Shown one piece after another: positions 48,601 through 61,924 of a stretch of DNA of 64,000 nucleotides; the stretch's first letter is position 1, and each line of letters opens with the position of its first letter. The notes beneath the pieces are model-generated. The model was given only the letters and a program-made list of their open reading frames with translations. It was not told where the DNA came from and ran no database searches. A program made the position numbers and the translations under genes. The DNA is from Azolla caroliniana (Eukaryota; Plantae; Polypodiophyta), in NCBI GenBank assembly GCA_043228905.1, contig JBHGNT010000005.1, positions 18,538,001 through 18,602,000 of the forward strand, written 5' to 3'.

Positions 48601-51600
48601 TATTAGGAAACAAGTCCCTCCGGATGGGAAGTGAGAAGACCCGGTGAGAACCAGATGACGAGTACCCGGCAACAGAAGACCCAGTGAGAACCGGATGACG
48701 AGTGCCCGGCAAAAGCCGGATGATGCAGGCCCGGTGAGGAGTGCTCACCGGATGAAGGGACATATTCATAAATATGTTTCTGAGAGTCCATTGGGGCTAT
48801 ATTTGTAAATAGCCGAAAAGTCATATTAATATAAATATGACTTAGGGCAAACTTAGTGCGTGTTGTTTTGTGTAACCTATGTACAGTGCGTAAGAGAGAG
48901 AGAGAGAGAGAGAGCGACATATAGAGATCGTGTCTCTGTTGTAACCACCTAGTGGCGAAGCGAGGGAGCAAGAGGTCGTTGCCTCTGTACCCCATTGTTG
49001 TATTACTGTACATAGTGATAGTTTGTAGTCCGTGGACTGTCGTGGTTTTTCCCGTGTTTGGGTTTTCCACATAAACATCCTGTGTACTCTTCTCCTTACT
49101 GTGTCATGCGTACATTACCCATTTTTCTGTGTTTGATCCTAGACTCGGTTGTGGCCGAGCGTTGTTCTTGGGAGCGTGTAGTCCTGTCATTGATCCTAGA
49201 CTCAGTTCTGGCCGAGCGTTGTTTTTCGGGAGTGCGTATTCTTGTCAAAGTGGTATCAAAGCGAAACGACACAGAAAATGGACGAATCGTTGGGAGGCAT
49301 GTTCAAGCTCACCGGCTCCAACTATTCCGTGTGGAAGTCGAAGATGAGGGACATGCTCGTGGTTAAAGATCTTTGGTTGTCGGTTCAGTTCGGGGACAAG
49401 AGACCGAACAAAATTGATGCCACGATATGGGAGGTGATGCACATGAAGACAACGGCGTACATACGGTGCTTCATCGACATGAGTCTATACAACAACTTCA
49501 ATGAAGAGAGCAAGGCTCATGAGCTCTGGGAGAAGATCGGCATTATGTTTCAAAACAAAAATGTTGTTAATTAGGTTTCGGTATTTCGGAAGATAGTAAG
49601 ACTCTGGTACCAAGATGGCTCCAGCATGGCGGAGTACATGAATGCCTTCCAGGGGCTGATCCACCAGGCAACATCATTGGAAGTACCTCTCGCCGATGAG
49701 GTACTAGCACTACTCCTGCTCAGTTCCCTCCCAGATAGCTGGGAGATGTTGGTTGTCACTTTGGGCAACGCCGGGCCGGAAGGGAAACGGTTATCCCTAG
49801 CAAGAGTGAAGTCAAGCTTGCTAGATGAGGAGGCACGTCGGAAAGATAAGGATACGAACTCTGACTCCAAAGCGCTCCTTACCGAATCGGAATGCGGAAG
49901 ACAAAGGAACTGTAGTCCCCAAAACCGGGAGAAGTTGGGGACACGATCAAAGTCAAGGGGGAGGCCTACCTGCTTCTATTGCGGCAAGCTGGGACACTTC
50001 CAGAAGAACTGTCGGCACTTCTGAAAAGACAAGGAAACTGACAGTACCGATTCGAAGTGGACACTGGACCGAAACCTTAAAGACCGGAGGGGGCCGGACC
50101 GGAAGGGAACGGCGGTAATTGCGGCAAGTGAAGAAGAGTTTATGCTCATCACCAAGGAGAGTGACCTAAACCTTGCCGGCGACGAGATGACCTGGGTGGT
50201 CGATTCCAGAGCGTCGTTCCACCTTACCCCGGACCGGAAATGCTTCTCATCCTACACAGCCGGTGATCATGGCTGTGTCTGGATGGGGAATGAAGGTACA
50301 TGCCGAATTGTCGGCATAGGAGATGTGTGGTTGACAACACCAACCGGATGCAAGATGCTGCTGAAGGATGTCCAACACGTTCCAGAGGTTCGACTGAACC
50401 TGATATCAGTCGGTCGGCTAGATGATGAAGGCTACACGGGTAGCACCTGGAACGAAGTCATGAAATTCTGCAAAGGGAGCTTGGTAGTCGCTCGGGCCCG
50501 GAAAGTCAACACTCTGTACCTGATGAATGCCCGGTTATGTCCGAAGGAAGTGAACATGGCTTCCGACACTGCCGGTGAGCTGTGGCACAAGAGGCTGTGT
50601 CACATGAGCGAGAAGGGGATGAAGAGGCTTGCATATGACAACCTCATTCCAGTGAAGAACGTGCACTTGGAGATGTGCATTGATTGTCTGGCTGGTAAGC
50701 AAAACCAGACCTCCTTCCGACCAAGGCCACCGATGAGATGTAATGCACCACTAGAGTTGGTGTATACTGATATGTGTCAAGTGGACACGAAGTCACATGC
50801 CGGATCGCAGTACTTCGTGACGTTCATAGATGACCACAGGCAGAAACTGTGGGCCACACCGTTGAAGACGAAGGATCAAGTGCTATCCGTCTTCAAAGAT
50901 CTCCACGCGAGAATGGAAAGAGAAACCGGCCGGAAGCTTAAGGCGGTTCGAGTAGATAACGGAGGTGAATACCGAGGGCAGTTCGAGGAGTACTGTCGCT
51001 CGAAGGGAATCCGGCTCGAATTTACCGTGCCGAAGACGCCGGAACTAAACGGGCTGGCCAAGAGGATGAACCGGACCATAATGGAGAGGGTCCGGACTAT
51101 CATGGCGCATGCAAAACTACCCAAGATGTTTTGGGCTGAGGCACTATCGACGGCGACATATGTGATAAACAGATCACCCTCAATACCCTTGGACGGATAC
51201 ACGCCACAGAGAGTCTGGACCGGTAAGGAAGTGTACTACCGGCATCTGAAGGTATTCGGGTGTCTTGTGTACGTGCATGTAGCTAAGGACCAAAGAGGAA
51301 AGTTAGATCCGAAGACCCGGCCATGCATATTCCTCGGTTATGGCGACGATGAGTTCGGCTACCGAGTGTGGGACCCAGTCGACAAGAAGGTATTCCGGAG
51401 TCGAGATATTATCTTCATGGAGGACAAGACGCTCGCCGATTGGGAGTCGGAGAAGAAGATAATGAACTCTGAGTCGACCGGTAAGGATCGATTCTACGAT
51501 GAGCAGACCCAACCAGCAAGAGACCAGTTAGCACTCGATGAACCGGCCGGTGACGGTAAGGAGACAAGACAAGCCGAAGAAGAAGGAATAGGTGAAACCG

Positions 51601-53951
51601 GAACCGGCCAAGACCCCGAATCGGATTCTGATGAAGAGCAAATGGAGGAGCCGGTTGCCAAAGGTCAAAGACGGAGATATCCTCTCAGAGAGAGAAGGGC
51701 CCCCCGAAGATTTCCGGATGCAGCGCATGTGCTGCTGACCGATGAGGGGGAGCCGGAAAGCTTCGAAGAAGCGAAGGAAGACACCCACAGCCGCAAATGG
51801 TTAAGTGTCATGCAGGATGAGATGGATTCCCTGCATGAGAACCATACGTACGAATTGGTGGAGTTGTCAAAATGAAAGCGGGCACTCCAAAACAAGTGGG
51901 TGTACAAGTTGAAACCGGGAGATGCCGGCAACCCCCCGAGATGCAAAGCTAGGATCGTGGTGAAGGGGTTCTAGCAGAAGAAGGGCGTGGACTTCGACGA
52001 GATATTTGCCCCGGTAGTAAAGATGACCTCCATCCGGACGATGCTGAGTATAGCGGCAAGCATGGACCTCGAGGTAGAGAAGCTGGACGTGAAGACAGCA
52101 TTCCTTCACAGTGACCTCGAAGAGGAGATTTACATGCAGGAACCAGAAGGATTCGTGGAGAAAGGGAAGGAGCACCTGGTTTGCCGGTTGAAGAAGATCT
52201 TGTACGGACTGAAGCAGGCTCCCCGACAATGGTACCGGACGTTAGACTCCTTCATGACTGATCAAGGGTACCACAAGACGCAAGCCGATCACTGCGTGTT
52301 TGTGAAGAAGTTCGAAGGAGGAGACTTCCTGATACTCCTTCTGTACGTGGACGACATGTTGATCGTCGGACGGGACCAAGCCAAAATTCGGATGTTGAAG
52401 AAGGCTCTCAACCGAACTTTCGCAATGAAAGACTTGGGTCCGGCAAGACAAATGTTGGGGATGCACATCGTCCGGGACCGGTCAAAGAAGCAAATGTGGT
52501 TGTCATAGTAGAAATACGTGACAAAGGTGCTTCAGCGGTTCAACATGTTAGAAGCGAAACCGGTCAGATCGACACTCTCGGCAAACTGCAAATTATCCGG
52601 TAAGCAAAGCCCGAAGATGAAAGCAGAGAAGGCAGATATGATGAAGGTTCCATATGCCTTTGTCCTCAGGAGCTTAATGTACGCAATGGTGTATACTCGA
52701 CCGGATATTGGATACGCAGTCGGAGTAGTGAGCCGGTTTATGAGCAATCCCGGCAAGGAGACTGGAACGCGGTCAAATGGATACTCCGGTACTTGAACGG
52801 CACTTCGAATATGTGTCTCCGATTCGGCTCCGGTAAACCTCAACTTGACGGTTTTACCGATTCGGACATGTCGGCTGATGTGGATACCAGCCGGTCTACA
52901 TCCGGGCATGTAATGACATATGCGGGGGGAGTTGTTTCATGGCAGTCAAGGCTGCAGAAGACAGTTGCATTGTCAACCACGGAGGCGGAGTACATGGCGG
53001 CTGTGGAAGCCGGCAAGGAAATATTATGGATGAAGGACTTCATCGGTGAGCTCGGTATCCGGCAAGATGAATATCGGCTCTATTGCGACAGTCAAAGTGC
53101 CATCCACCTTGCTAAGAACGCAGCGTACCATTCCAAGACGAAGCACATCCAGCGTAGGTATCACTGGATCCGGGAGCGAGTAGAAGATCGAGAGTTCGCG
53201 CTGATGAAGATCCACACGGCCGAGAACGGGTCAGATATGCTGACCAAAGTCCTGATACCCGACAAGTTGGATGCATGTCGGAAGCGGATCGGACTAGTAA
53301 GACATCCCGTGCCGGAGTGAAGGGGGAGTTTGTTAGGAAACAAGTCCCTCCAGATGGGAAGTGAGAAGACCCGGTGAGAACCAGATGATGAGTACCCGGC
53401 AACGGAAGACCCGGTGAGAACCGGATGACGAGCACCCGGCAAGCAAGACCCGGTGAGAACCGGATGATGAGTGCTCGGCAAGAGCCGGATGATGCAGGCC
53501 CGGTGAGGAGTGCTCTCCGGAGGAAGGGACATATTCATAAATATGTTTTTGAGAGTCCATTGGGGCTATATTTGTAAATAGCCAAAAAGTCATATTAGTA
53601 TAAATATGACTTAGGGCAAACTTAGTGTGTGTTGTTTTGTGTAACCTCTGTACAATGCGTGAGAGAGAGAGAAAGTGACATACAGAGATCGTGTCTCTGT
53701 TGTAACCGCCTAGTGGCGAAGCGAGGGAGCAAGAGGTCATTGCCTCTGTGCCCCATTGTTGTATTACTATACATAGTGATAGTTTGCAGTCCGTGGACTG
53801 CCGTGGTTTTTCCTGTGTTTGGGTTTTCCACGTAAACATCCTGTGTACGCTTCTCCTTACTATATCGTGCGTACATTACCCGTTTTTCTGTGTTTGATCC
53901 TAGACTCGGTTGTGGCCGAGTGTTGTTTTTCAGGAGCGCGTATTCCTGTCA
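48601..53951 (+). mobile_element. Full-length, moderately decayed Copia (lineage B)
   Basis: LTRs 48601-49247 and 53331-53951; TSD ACTTC at 48596-48600 and 53952-53956; PBS TGGTATCAAAGC at 49251; PPT GAAGGGGGAG at ~53319; pol closely similar to 17418-20822 with several stops. Confidence 0.97.
49278..53320 (+). pseudogene. Copia gag-pol with premature stops
   Basis: ORF pieces 49242-49574, 49626-50024, 50142-51875, 51987-52508, 52518-52796, 52793-53320. Confidence 0.92.
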
Positions 53952-54064
53952 ACTTCATAGTGGCCTGAGCACAAAAACAGGGCACTCTATATGTTATGCA
54001 AGACAAGTTGTCCAAGTCGGGAGCAAATGTGGCAACCGACTCGAATGGAAAGATATGGCATAAG

Positions 54065-54218
54065 TGTTACGGGCATGACCATATCTCGTGGTAAGTTTTA
54101 CCGTAGTATTCTATACACGTGGATAAACTGTGATGGTTAAACGAAAGTGTAAAGAAGGAAAAGATTACTTTTAATCCTTGGGACTGCGAACCCATTAGGC
54201 CAAGTGTGAACTTGCCTA
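54065..54218. mobile_element. Partial (one arm) copy of the foldback element at 61481-61924
   Basis: TGTTACGGGCATGACCATAT...ACCGTAGTATTCTATAC...CCCATTAGGCCAAGTGTGAACTTGCCT aligns to the arm. It starts exactly at the TG terminus inside Copia coding sequence. Confidence 0.88.
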
Positions 54219-55017
54219 GATGCTATGCAGGCCCTACTACTATTGTGTACCTTGCCGGACAGCTGGGAGAACCTGGTGGTGACTCTCAGCACCTCGTGTC
54301 ATGAAGATAACTTGCCCTTGCAAGTGGTAAAGACAAGCATCTTGAATGAGGAGACAAGAAGGACACGGTTGTCTTGTCCCAGGCAGATGCGAATGTGATA
54401 CAACATTTGGAGAAAGGAAGGAACCACCAAAGAAGTTCGCAAAGAAGGGACAAATCCTATGTGAGATCCAAGTCTAGAGGAATGCTGACGTGTTTTAATT
54501 GTGGAAAGCTTGGACATTTCCAAAAGGACTGTCAACACCTCAAGAAGGATAAAGGTGCTTCAAAGGATGTCGAACCCAAAAAGGTTTCTTAGGAGAAGGG
54601 CACATTAGCCATAGCCAGAAGTGAAGAGGAGATCTTGTTTATTTGTGAGCATGCAAGTGAAGAGTGCACTTGGATGATTGACTATGGTGCATCTTTCCTT
54701 ATAACTCCCTCGAGAGAGTGTTTCTCGACTTACACAATCGGGGATCATGGCTATGTGAAGATGGGAGATAACGGGGAATGCAAGATAGTCGGCATCCGAA
54801 ATGTATGTCTAACAACGTCGACCGGTTGTCGGCATATCCTGGAGGATGTCCGACACGTGTCCGATATTAGGCTGAATATGATATTGATAGGATGGGTGGA
54901 TGACGAAGGCTATAATGGTAGCTTTCGAAATGGCAAGTGGAAGTTTTGTCGAGGAAACCTCATAGTGGCCTAAGCACCAAAATAGGGCACTCTATATGTT
55001 ATGCAAGACAAGTTGTC
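54219..55017 (+). mobile_element. Second, uninterrupted Copia lineage C gag-protease fragment
   Basis: DAMQALLLLCTLPDSWENLVV, CFNCGKLGHFQKDC, WMIDYGASF; duplicates the split host fragment. Confidence 0.88.
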
Positions 55018-55712
55018 TGTTTTAGAGCTTTCCCTCTCTCCCTTTCTCTCTTGTCTCACGTGCACATACACACACAGTCCTTCCGTTGCACAGAATCACT
55101 CTTGATTCTTTACAATTATTAATGAATTAATTAATATTTTAATTCTTAAAACCCTAATTTTGTGTAAAAATAGGAACCCTAATTAATTAATTTATCGTTC
55201 GTGAATTAATTAATGTTTTAGTAAATTAACTGATTATTAGTGAATTAATTAATATTTTAATTCTTAAAAATCTAATTTTGGCTAAAATTAGGAACCCTAA
55301 TTATTTAATTAATTGTAAATTAATTCATTATTATGAATTGATTAATATTTTAATTTTTAAAACCCTAATTTTGGTTGAAATTAAGAACCCTAATTATTTA
55401 ATATTTTTAGTAAATTAATTCATTATTAGTGAATTGGTTAATATTTTAGTGAATTAATTATTTTTTATTATGTAAATTTGAAATGAATGGTTCTGTAATA
55501 TTCTTGGGGATATTTTGTATTCGCAAATATTACGGATGGCGAATACCAAGAATATCACGCATGGGTCAATCTATGCATATATATAGTGAATTAATTATTT
55601 TTTATTATGTAAATTTGAAATGAATGGTTCTGTAATATTCTTGGGGATATTTTGTATTCGCGAATATTATGGATGGAGAATACCAAGAATATCACGCATG
55701 GGTCAATCTATG
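55018..55712. mobile_element. Truncated hAT MITE with tandemly duplicated right end
   Basis: TIR GTCAATCTATG ends at 55575 and 55712 (137 bp duplication); subterminal sequence resembles 60400-60499; AT-rich AAACCCTAATT subrepeats. No left TIR seen. Confidence 0.7.
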
Positions 55713-55734
55713 CATATATATGTATATATATATG

Positions 55735-58700
55735 CATTCGACCATTCGGCCGAGTCTCGTTTCGACTTCTTGGTCGATATCGACCAGCCAACTCCCATTC
55801 GGCCTCTCAGCCGATTTCGGCTTTTCAGTTGCCTCCCCCATCATGAGGGACAACCTTATGCAACAAATTCCCCCTTCACTCCTGTAGGGGAAGAGTCGAC
55901 CAAACCAGTCCTTCGCCTGCAAGCAACAAAATTCTCCATGGATAAGATTTTAGTAAGCATGTCTAATCCATTTTCATCAATATGGATCTTAGCTAAGACA
56001 AAGTCATTTTCATCCACTCTCTCTCGTAACCAATGATGCCTTCTTTGAATGTGCTTTATACGAGAGTGATAGGCTACATTCTTAGCAAGATGGATAGCAC
56101 TCTGATTATCACAATGAAGTAGGAATTTTTCTTGCTTCATTCCTAGTTCACTTAGAAAATCTCTCATCCAGATCAATTCTTTTCCAACTTCCACTACAAC
56201 CATATACTCAGCCTTTGTGGCCGACAAAGCCACAGCCTTTTGCAATCTTGATTGCCATGACATAACTCCCCCTAAATAGGTCATCACATACCCTGATGTG
56301 GATCGGCTGGAATCTACATCACACAACATATCAGATTTTGTGAAACCTTCGAGCATAGGTTTCCCGGAGCCATATCTAAGGCATACACTCGAAGTACCTT
56401 TGAGGTATCTAAGTATCCATTTTACGGTTGCCCAATGCTCCTTTCCAAGAATTATTCATGTAGCGACTAACTGTCCCAATAGCAAATGCAATGTCTGGCC
56501 TTGTGCAGACCATAGCATACATTAGGCTCCCAATAGCCGAGGCATATGGCACCCTCCTCATCTCTGCCTTATCTTTCTCAGTTTTCGGACATTGTCCTGA
56601 ATTTAACTTATAGTTCGCCAGCAATGGAGATCCAACAGATTTTGCATTGTACATGTTAAACCTTTGCAAAACTTTCATCACATATTTCTCTTGTGACGGC
56701 CATATTATGTTTTTAGTCCTATCTCGGACTACATGCATTCCCAAAATCTATTTTGTCGGTTCTAAGTCCTTCATGGCAAAAGATTTGCTCAAAGCTTTTT
56801 TCAAGCTTGCAATATTCTTAGCATTCTGTCCAATAACTAACATATCATCCACATACAACAAGGGAACCAAGAAATCGCCTTCATCATACTTTTTCACAAA
56901 TACACAATGATCGGCTTGTGTTTTGTGGAATCCATCTACAACATGAAGGACTCAAACTTCTTATACCATTGTCGAGGAGCTTTCTTCTCCCCATACAAGC
57001 TCTTCCTCAACCTACATACAAGATTCTCTTTTCCTTTCACCTTAAAGCCCTTTGGCTACAACATATAAATTTCCTCTTCTAACTCACCATGCAGAAATGT
57101 TGTTTTTACATCCAACTATTCAATTTCCAAATTCATACCAGCAGCCATACCCAAAACAGATCGGATGGAAGTCATCTTGACCATTGGAGCAAAAATCTCA
57201 TCAAAATCAACACCCCTTTTTTGTTGAAAGCCCTTCACTACAATAGGGGCCTTATACCGAGGTGTACTTCCGTCTTCTCCAGTCTTTAGTTTGTAGACCC
57301 ATTTGTTTCTAAGTGCCTTCTTTCCATCGGGCAGCTCCATTAGCTCATAGGTGTAGTTCTCATGCAAGGAATCCATTTCCTCTTGCATGGCATTATATCA
57401 CTTCTCCTTGTGTTCATCTGTCGTAGCTTCTTCATAGCATTCCGGTTCCCCTTCATCAGTCAAGAGAACATATTGATTGGCTGGATACTGAGAGAAGACC
57501 TTCCTATGCCTATGTGGGTATCTCCTCTCTTCGGTCACCGACTTAGATTCGGCCTCTTCTACCAACTCATCTTCTAGCTCAAGTTCATGTGTATCAATCT
57601 GTTGTTGTGTGTCAGCCGACTCAAATTCAGCTTCATCAACCGGTTGTTGTTTGCTAACTGGTTGTGTGGAAGAGGGATCGACTAGTGCTAACTCCATAAC
57701 AGTAGTCGATTGGGAAGACGACACTAGTTTTTGTTGTCTCCAGTTTTCAATTGTCTTGTCTTCCATGAACACAACGTCACGGCTCCTCACCACCTTCTTA
57801 TCACAAAGATCCCACATTTTGTACCCGAGCTCATTAGACTTCTTTCGTGTACCCCAAGAATATGCAAGTCTTGGACTTGTTGTCCAGCTTTGACCTTTGA
57901 TCTTTAGCAACATGCATATAAGCTAAGCATCTGAACACCCTTAAATGTTGGTAAGACACACTCCTTCCTGTCCACACCCTCTGTGGGACATCCCCCTCAA
58001 AAGCACTGAGGGAGACATATTTATAAGGTAGACAACCGTCAACATTGCCTCAGCCCAATATGACTTCGGCAACTTTACATGCGACAACATGCGTCTTACC
58101 CTTTCCATTATGGTCTGATTCATTCTCTCTGCTAGACTATTTAACTCGGGTGTCTTCAGCACTGTATACTCAAGTTTAATGCCTTGAGTCTTGCAATACA
58201 TCTCAAATTGGCCTCTATACTCACCACCATTATTTGTTCGAACAGCTTTCAACTTCTGTACAAATTCTCTTTCTGCCCTCGCATGAAACTCTTTAAAGAC
58301 CAACAACACTTTGTCATTAGACTTCAACACGAAATCCCACAACTTTCTGCTAAAGTCATCAATGAATGTCACAAAGTATTGTCCACCACGGTACGATGGA
58401 GCATCCACATAGCACACATCTGTGTGGACCAATTCTAGGGCACGTTCCCTTCTCATCGGAGGCCTAGAGTGAAAGGCGGCTCTATTTTGCTTTCCAGCCA
58501 AGCAATCCACACATTTCTCAAGATGTATGCCTTTCACTTCTGGTAGGAGATCCTTTTCAGCAAGGATATGCATTCCCCTTTTGCTCATGTGGCCAAGCCT
58601 TTTATGCCACAACTCACCATCTAAGTCAGCCATTACATTTGCTTCATCTCGGCATAATTTTGCATGCATTACATACAATGTGTTCTGTTTTTGAGCTCGA

Positions 58701-59390
58701 GCCACAATTAGACTCCCTTTACAGAACTTCCATGCACCATTATGAAAGCCATCGTTGAAGCCTTCATCGTCTAGCCATCCAGCCAATATCAGATTCAATC
58801 TAACATCCAGAACATGGCATACATCCTTCACCATTAACTTGCAGCCAATAGATGTTAACAAACACACATTTCCTATGCCCACAATCCTGCATTCACCATC
58901 ATTTCCCATCCTTATGTAGCCATAGTCACCGGTTGTGTAAGATGAGAAACATTCTCTTTTGGGAGTTAGGTGGAACCATGCACCAGAATCAACTACCCAA
59001 GAGCACTCAACATTTGTAAGGTTCACACTAGCTTGTTCAAAAATAAATAACATCTCTTCCTCACTAGTTGCAATGGCTGAGGTGTTTTTATCATCAGAAA
59101 TTTTTCTAGGTTTGACCTCATCAGCCATGCCTTTGTCCTTCCTAAGGTGTCAACAGTTCTTTTGGAAATGACCAGGATTCCCACAATAGAAGCACGTAGG
59201 CCTTCCTCTAGACTTCGACTTGGCATAAGACTTGTCTCTATTTTCAGGACTCCTATGTTTACTTCTTCCTCTATCAAGGTTTTGTGCCACATTCGCTTCC
59301 GATTCAAACAAGGCACTTTTATCCTTTCTTCTTGTTTCTTCATTTAGAATGCTTGTCTTTACTACTTGTAAAGACAGGTTGTCTTCTTTC
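55735..59390 (-). mobile_element. Degenerate Copia (B/C-related): gag end to RNase H, PPT and truncated 3' LTR
   Basis: ORFs 57941-59128 (WVVDSGA, LWHKRLGH, VHTDVC), 57116-57388, 56409-56744, 55856-56356; PPT ~55869-55878; LTR starts TGTTG at 55865. Confidence 0.92.
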
Positions 59391-59855
59391 CACTTTGATC
59401 CAGCTAATGCTAATACTCAGGATACATCGATGTATTGTCGTTTGTTGAATTATGATGGTTGTGATGAGGTGAGGTTGCATGATTCATTTTGAGGTTTTGT
59501 AAATTAAGATTTTTTTAATTGGAAATTGAAATTGTTGAAATGCCTATGGAGAAATTAGTCTAGATGGACGAGAGGGCTAAAGGTAGTCTTGATCATCAAT
59601 GAAATGGCTAAAATGCCTATGGTAGAAATAAGAGATTGTGGAGCGGGATAAAGGTGGTCTTCATAGTGTTGAGCTAGATTGATGGGGCTAGAAAGAAAGG
59701 AGAGAGTTAGTCATCTCCACCAATGTGAAATTCTTAATATTTTCACTCAAAAACTTGTTCATTCTATTTCCATGTTTACACTTATATCGCTTTAGTTGGA
59801 CAACTATGGATGGTGGCTCTAAGTTAGTTACAAACAATTCTTGGTTAGTTACAAC

Positions 59856-60499
59856 CATAGATTGACATATTCGCATTCGTAGGGTTTCCTATTCGAATGA
59901 AAACGAATACGAATACGAATGGATGGTCAAGTATTTGTTTAACCCAAAAAAAAAACTCTGTCTTTTTTAATTTCCTAGGATAAAAAAAAGGAACTTGACA
60001 TAAATAGGGATAATAAAAGAAGGACTTGGGGACTTGACACTATTAAATTTTTATAATAAATGTATAACTTATAAGTTATAAGTAATCGTTTTATTTTTAA
60101 TAAATAAATAAAATAAAATAAAGGCTCATTAATTTCTCACTTTTTATTCCCTCAAAATTTATGGATATTTTTATTTTGACATTAAAAATAGTACTTCAAA
60201 CTAATCATATCTTCAAAGTTCATACTAATCATATTTGTATAATAAATATAAAAATATTCGTTTTTTTTTAATTAATTAATTAAAATAAGTTTCATAAACT
60301 CTCTTGACACTATAATCTATTAATGAATAATTGTTCTTTTTTTGGTGAAATAAATTTATTTTAATAAATAAATAATTTTTTATATTTATTTTGCAAAACG
60401 AATGGTTTTTTAATATTCTTGGGGCTATTTCGTATTCTCGAATATTGAGAATATTGCGCATGGAGAATATCCCGAATATCATGCATGTGTCAATCTATG
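59856..60499. mobile_element. Intact non-autonomous hAT element (MITE, 644 bp)
   Basis: 12 bp TIR CATAGATTGACA/TGTCAATCTATG, 8 bp TSD GTTACAAC at 59848-59855 and 60500-60507, subterminal CGAATA repeats, AT-rich core. Confidence 0.93.
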
Positions 60500-61480
60500 G
60501 TTACAACTATTTCTTGGTTAGTGTCTAATCACCTTAATTAAACCATGGTTGGTTCTACTATGGTTATCTTAGCTAGAGTTAGTTAGGGTGGATTGTGGTA
60601 AACCGTAATACCACAATATTAAAAATAAAAATAAAAATAAAAAGGGACATTTAAACGAGCGTGTGCTCAAAAAATTACATTCTCACTAAAATTATTTGGG
60701 AAACTTTGACATCCTCAAGCATTGTACCCAATAAGATTTGATACTCCATTCTCTCTCATTCAAATCCCTGGTGGATCCGCTCCCCTTTCACATGCACATG
60801 CCAACTTTGTGACAACATTTGTGATGGACAATTCCAAGATTTCTTGGGAGGCCCTCAACTGGAGGTTTGGAAAGTGCCATATATGTCAAATATCCTAAGT
60901 TGCCTCAAAAAGTCCCACACATAATTCAACCCATTATCATAAGTCGCACATCTCCCTAAATTTGAATATGTTTATATGAATAAATCTAAGGTTAGGGACG
61001 AAGCTCCCAATATCTAGGAAATAAGACTTGGAGAAATTAAGATATTAAGGAGACCCAACTAACTAACATGCCATCTATATCCTCTTAATACATTGTACAA
61101 GACTTAGTTTCTTGGTTCCAACAAGAGTCGAGATGTTATGGTTTTGGTTGTGACCATTTAGTGCATGATTGCCCAAAGAAGAGCATGGTGTAAAGTTGTT
61201 TCTATTGTGCTATCTTAAGTTTGCGAGATTGTAATCATGACTACACATAGCTCAAAACTTAGAAAAGGAAAACCAAATGGCCATGAAATTGTCTAAAATA
61301 AGAGTCTATGGTCTTCTTTTATCCTACCCTCACTGTGTAAGGTTCATAGAATACGCAAAAGGCTAAAATGGACCTATACACATTGCAATGAGAAAACATG
61401 TGGAACCTTGGAAGTTAATGTAGCTTTGCTACCACAAATCCCACAACTTAAGTTTCTGCACTTGATTGTAGGATGGTTAG

Positions 61481-61924
61481 TGTTACAGGCATGATCATAT
61501 AATATCCGTGGTGAAAATTTACCGTAGTATTCTATACATGTGGATAAGTGTGAGGGTTAAACGAGAGTGTAAAGAAGGGGAGGATTACTTTTAATCCTCG
61601 GGATTGAGATAACCCATTAGGCCAAGTGTGAACTTGCCTGGGGGCCTTGGGTCTCACTATAAATATGAGGCCTAGCTACCCTCATTTCATCATTTCTTGA
61701 CTACGTCGAGACTCTATTTCATGGTGGGTCAACTCTTGTATTTATAGCGAGACTCGAGGCCCCCAGGCAATTTCACACTTGGCCTAATGGGTTGTCTCAA
61801 TCCTGAGGATTAAAAATAATCCTCCCCTTCTTTACACTCTCGTTTAACCCTCACACTCATCCACATGTATAGAATACTACGGTAAATTCTCACCACGGGA
61901 TATTATATGGTCATGCCCGTAACA
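61481..61924. mobile_element. Unclassified 444 bp foldback element with TG...CA ends and 5 bp TSD
   Basis: Inverted arms 61481-61665 and 61739-61924, 73 bp spacer, TSD GTTAG at 61476-61480 and 61925-61929. Confidence 0.9.

Larger units (their letters stand above)
43418..54064 (+). mobile_element. Old Copia host fragment (lineage C) in three pieces: 43418-43812, 48401-48600, 53952-54064
   Basis: The pieces join into gag knuckle-protease-GAG-pre-integrase sequence collinear with the uninterrupted copy at 54386-55017. Confidence 0.88.

Noticed and set aside
60650-61400. Very decayed gag-like traces (knuckle-like H-x4-C near 61135-61175)
   Set aside because: No ORF or boundaries can be supported; probably ancient retroelement debris.
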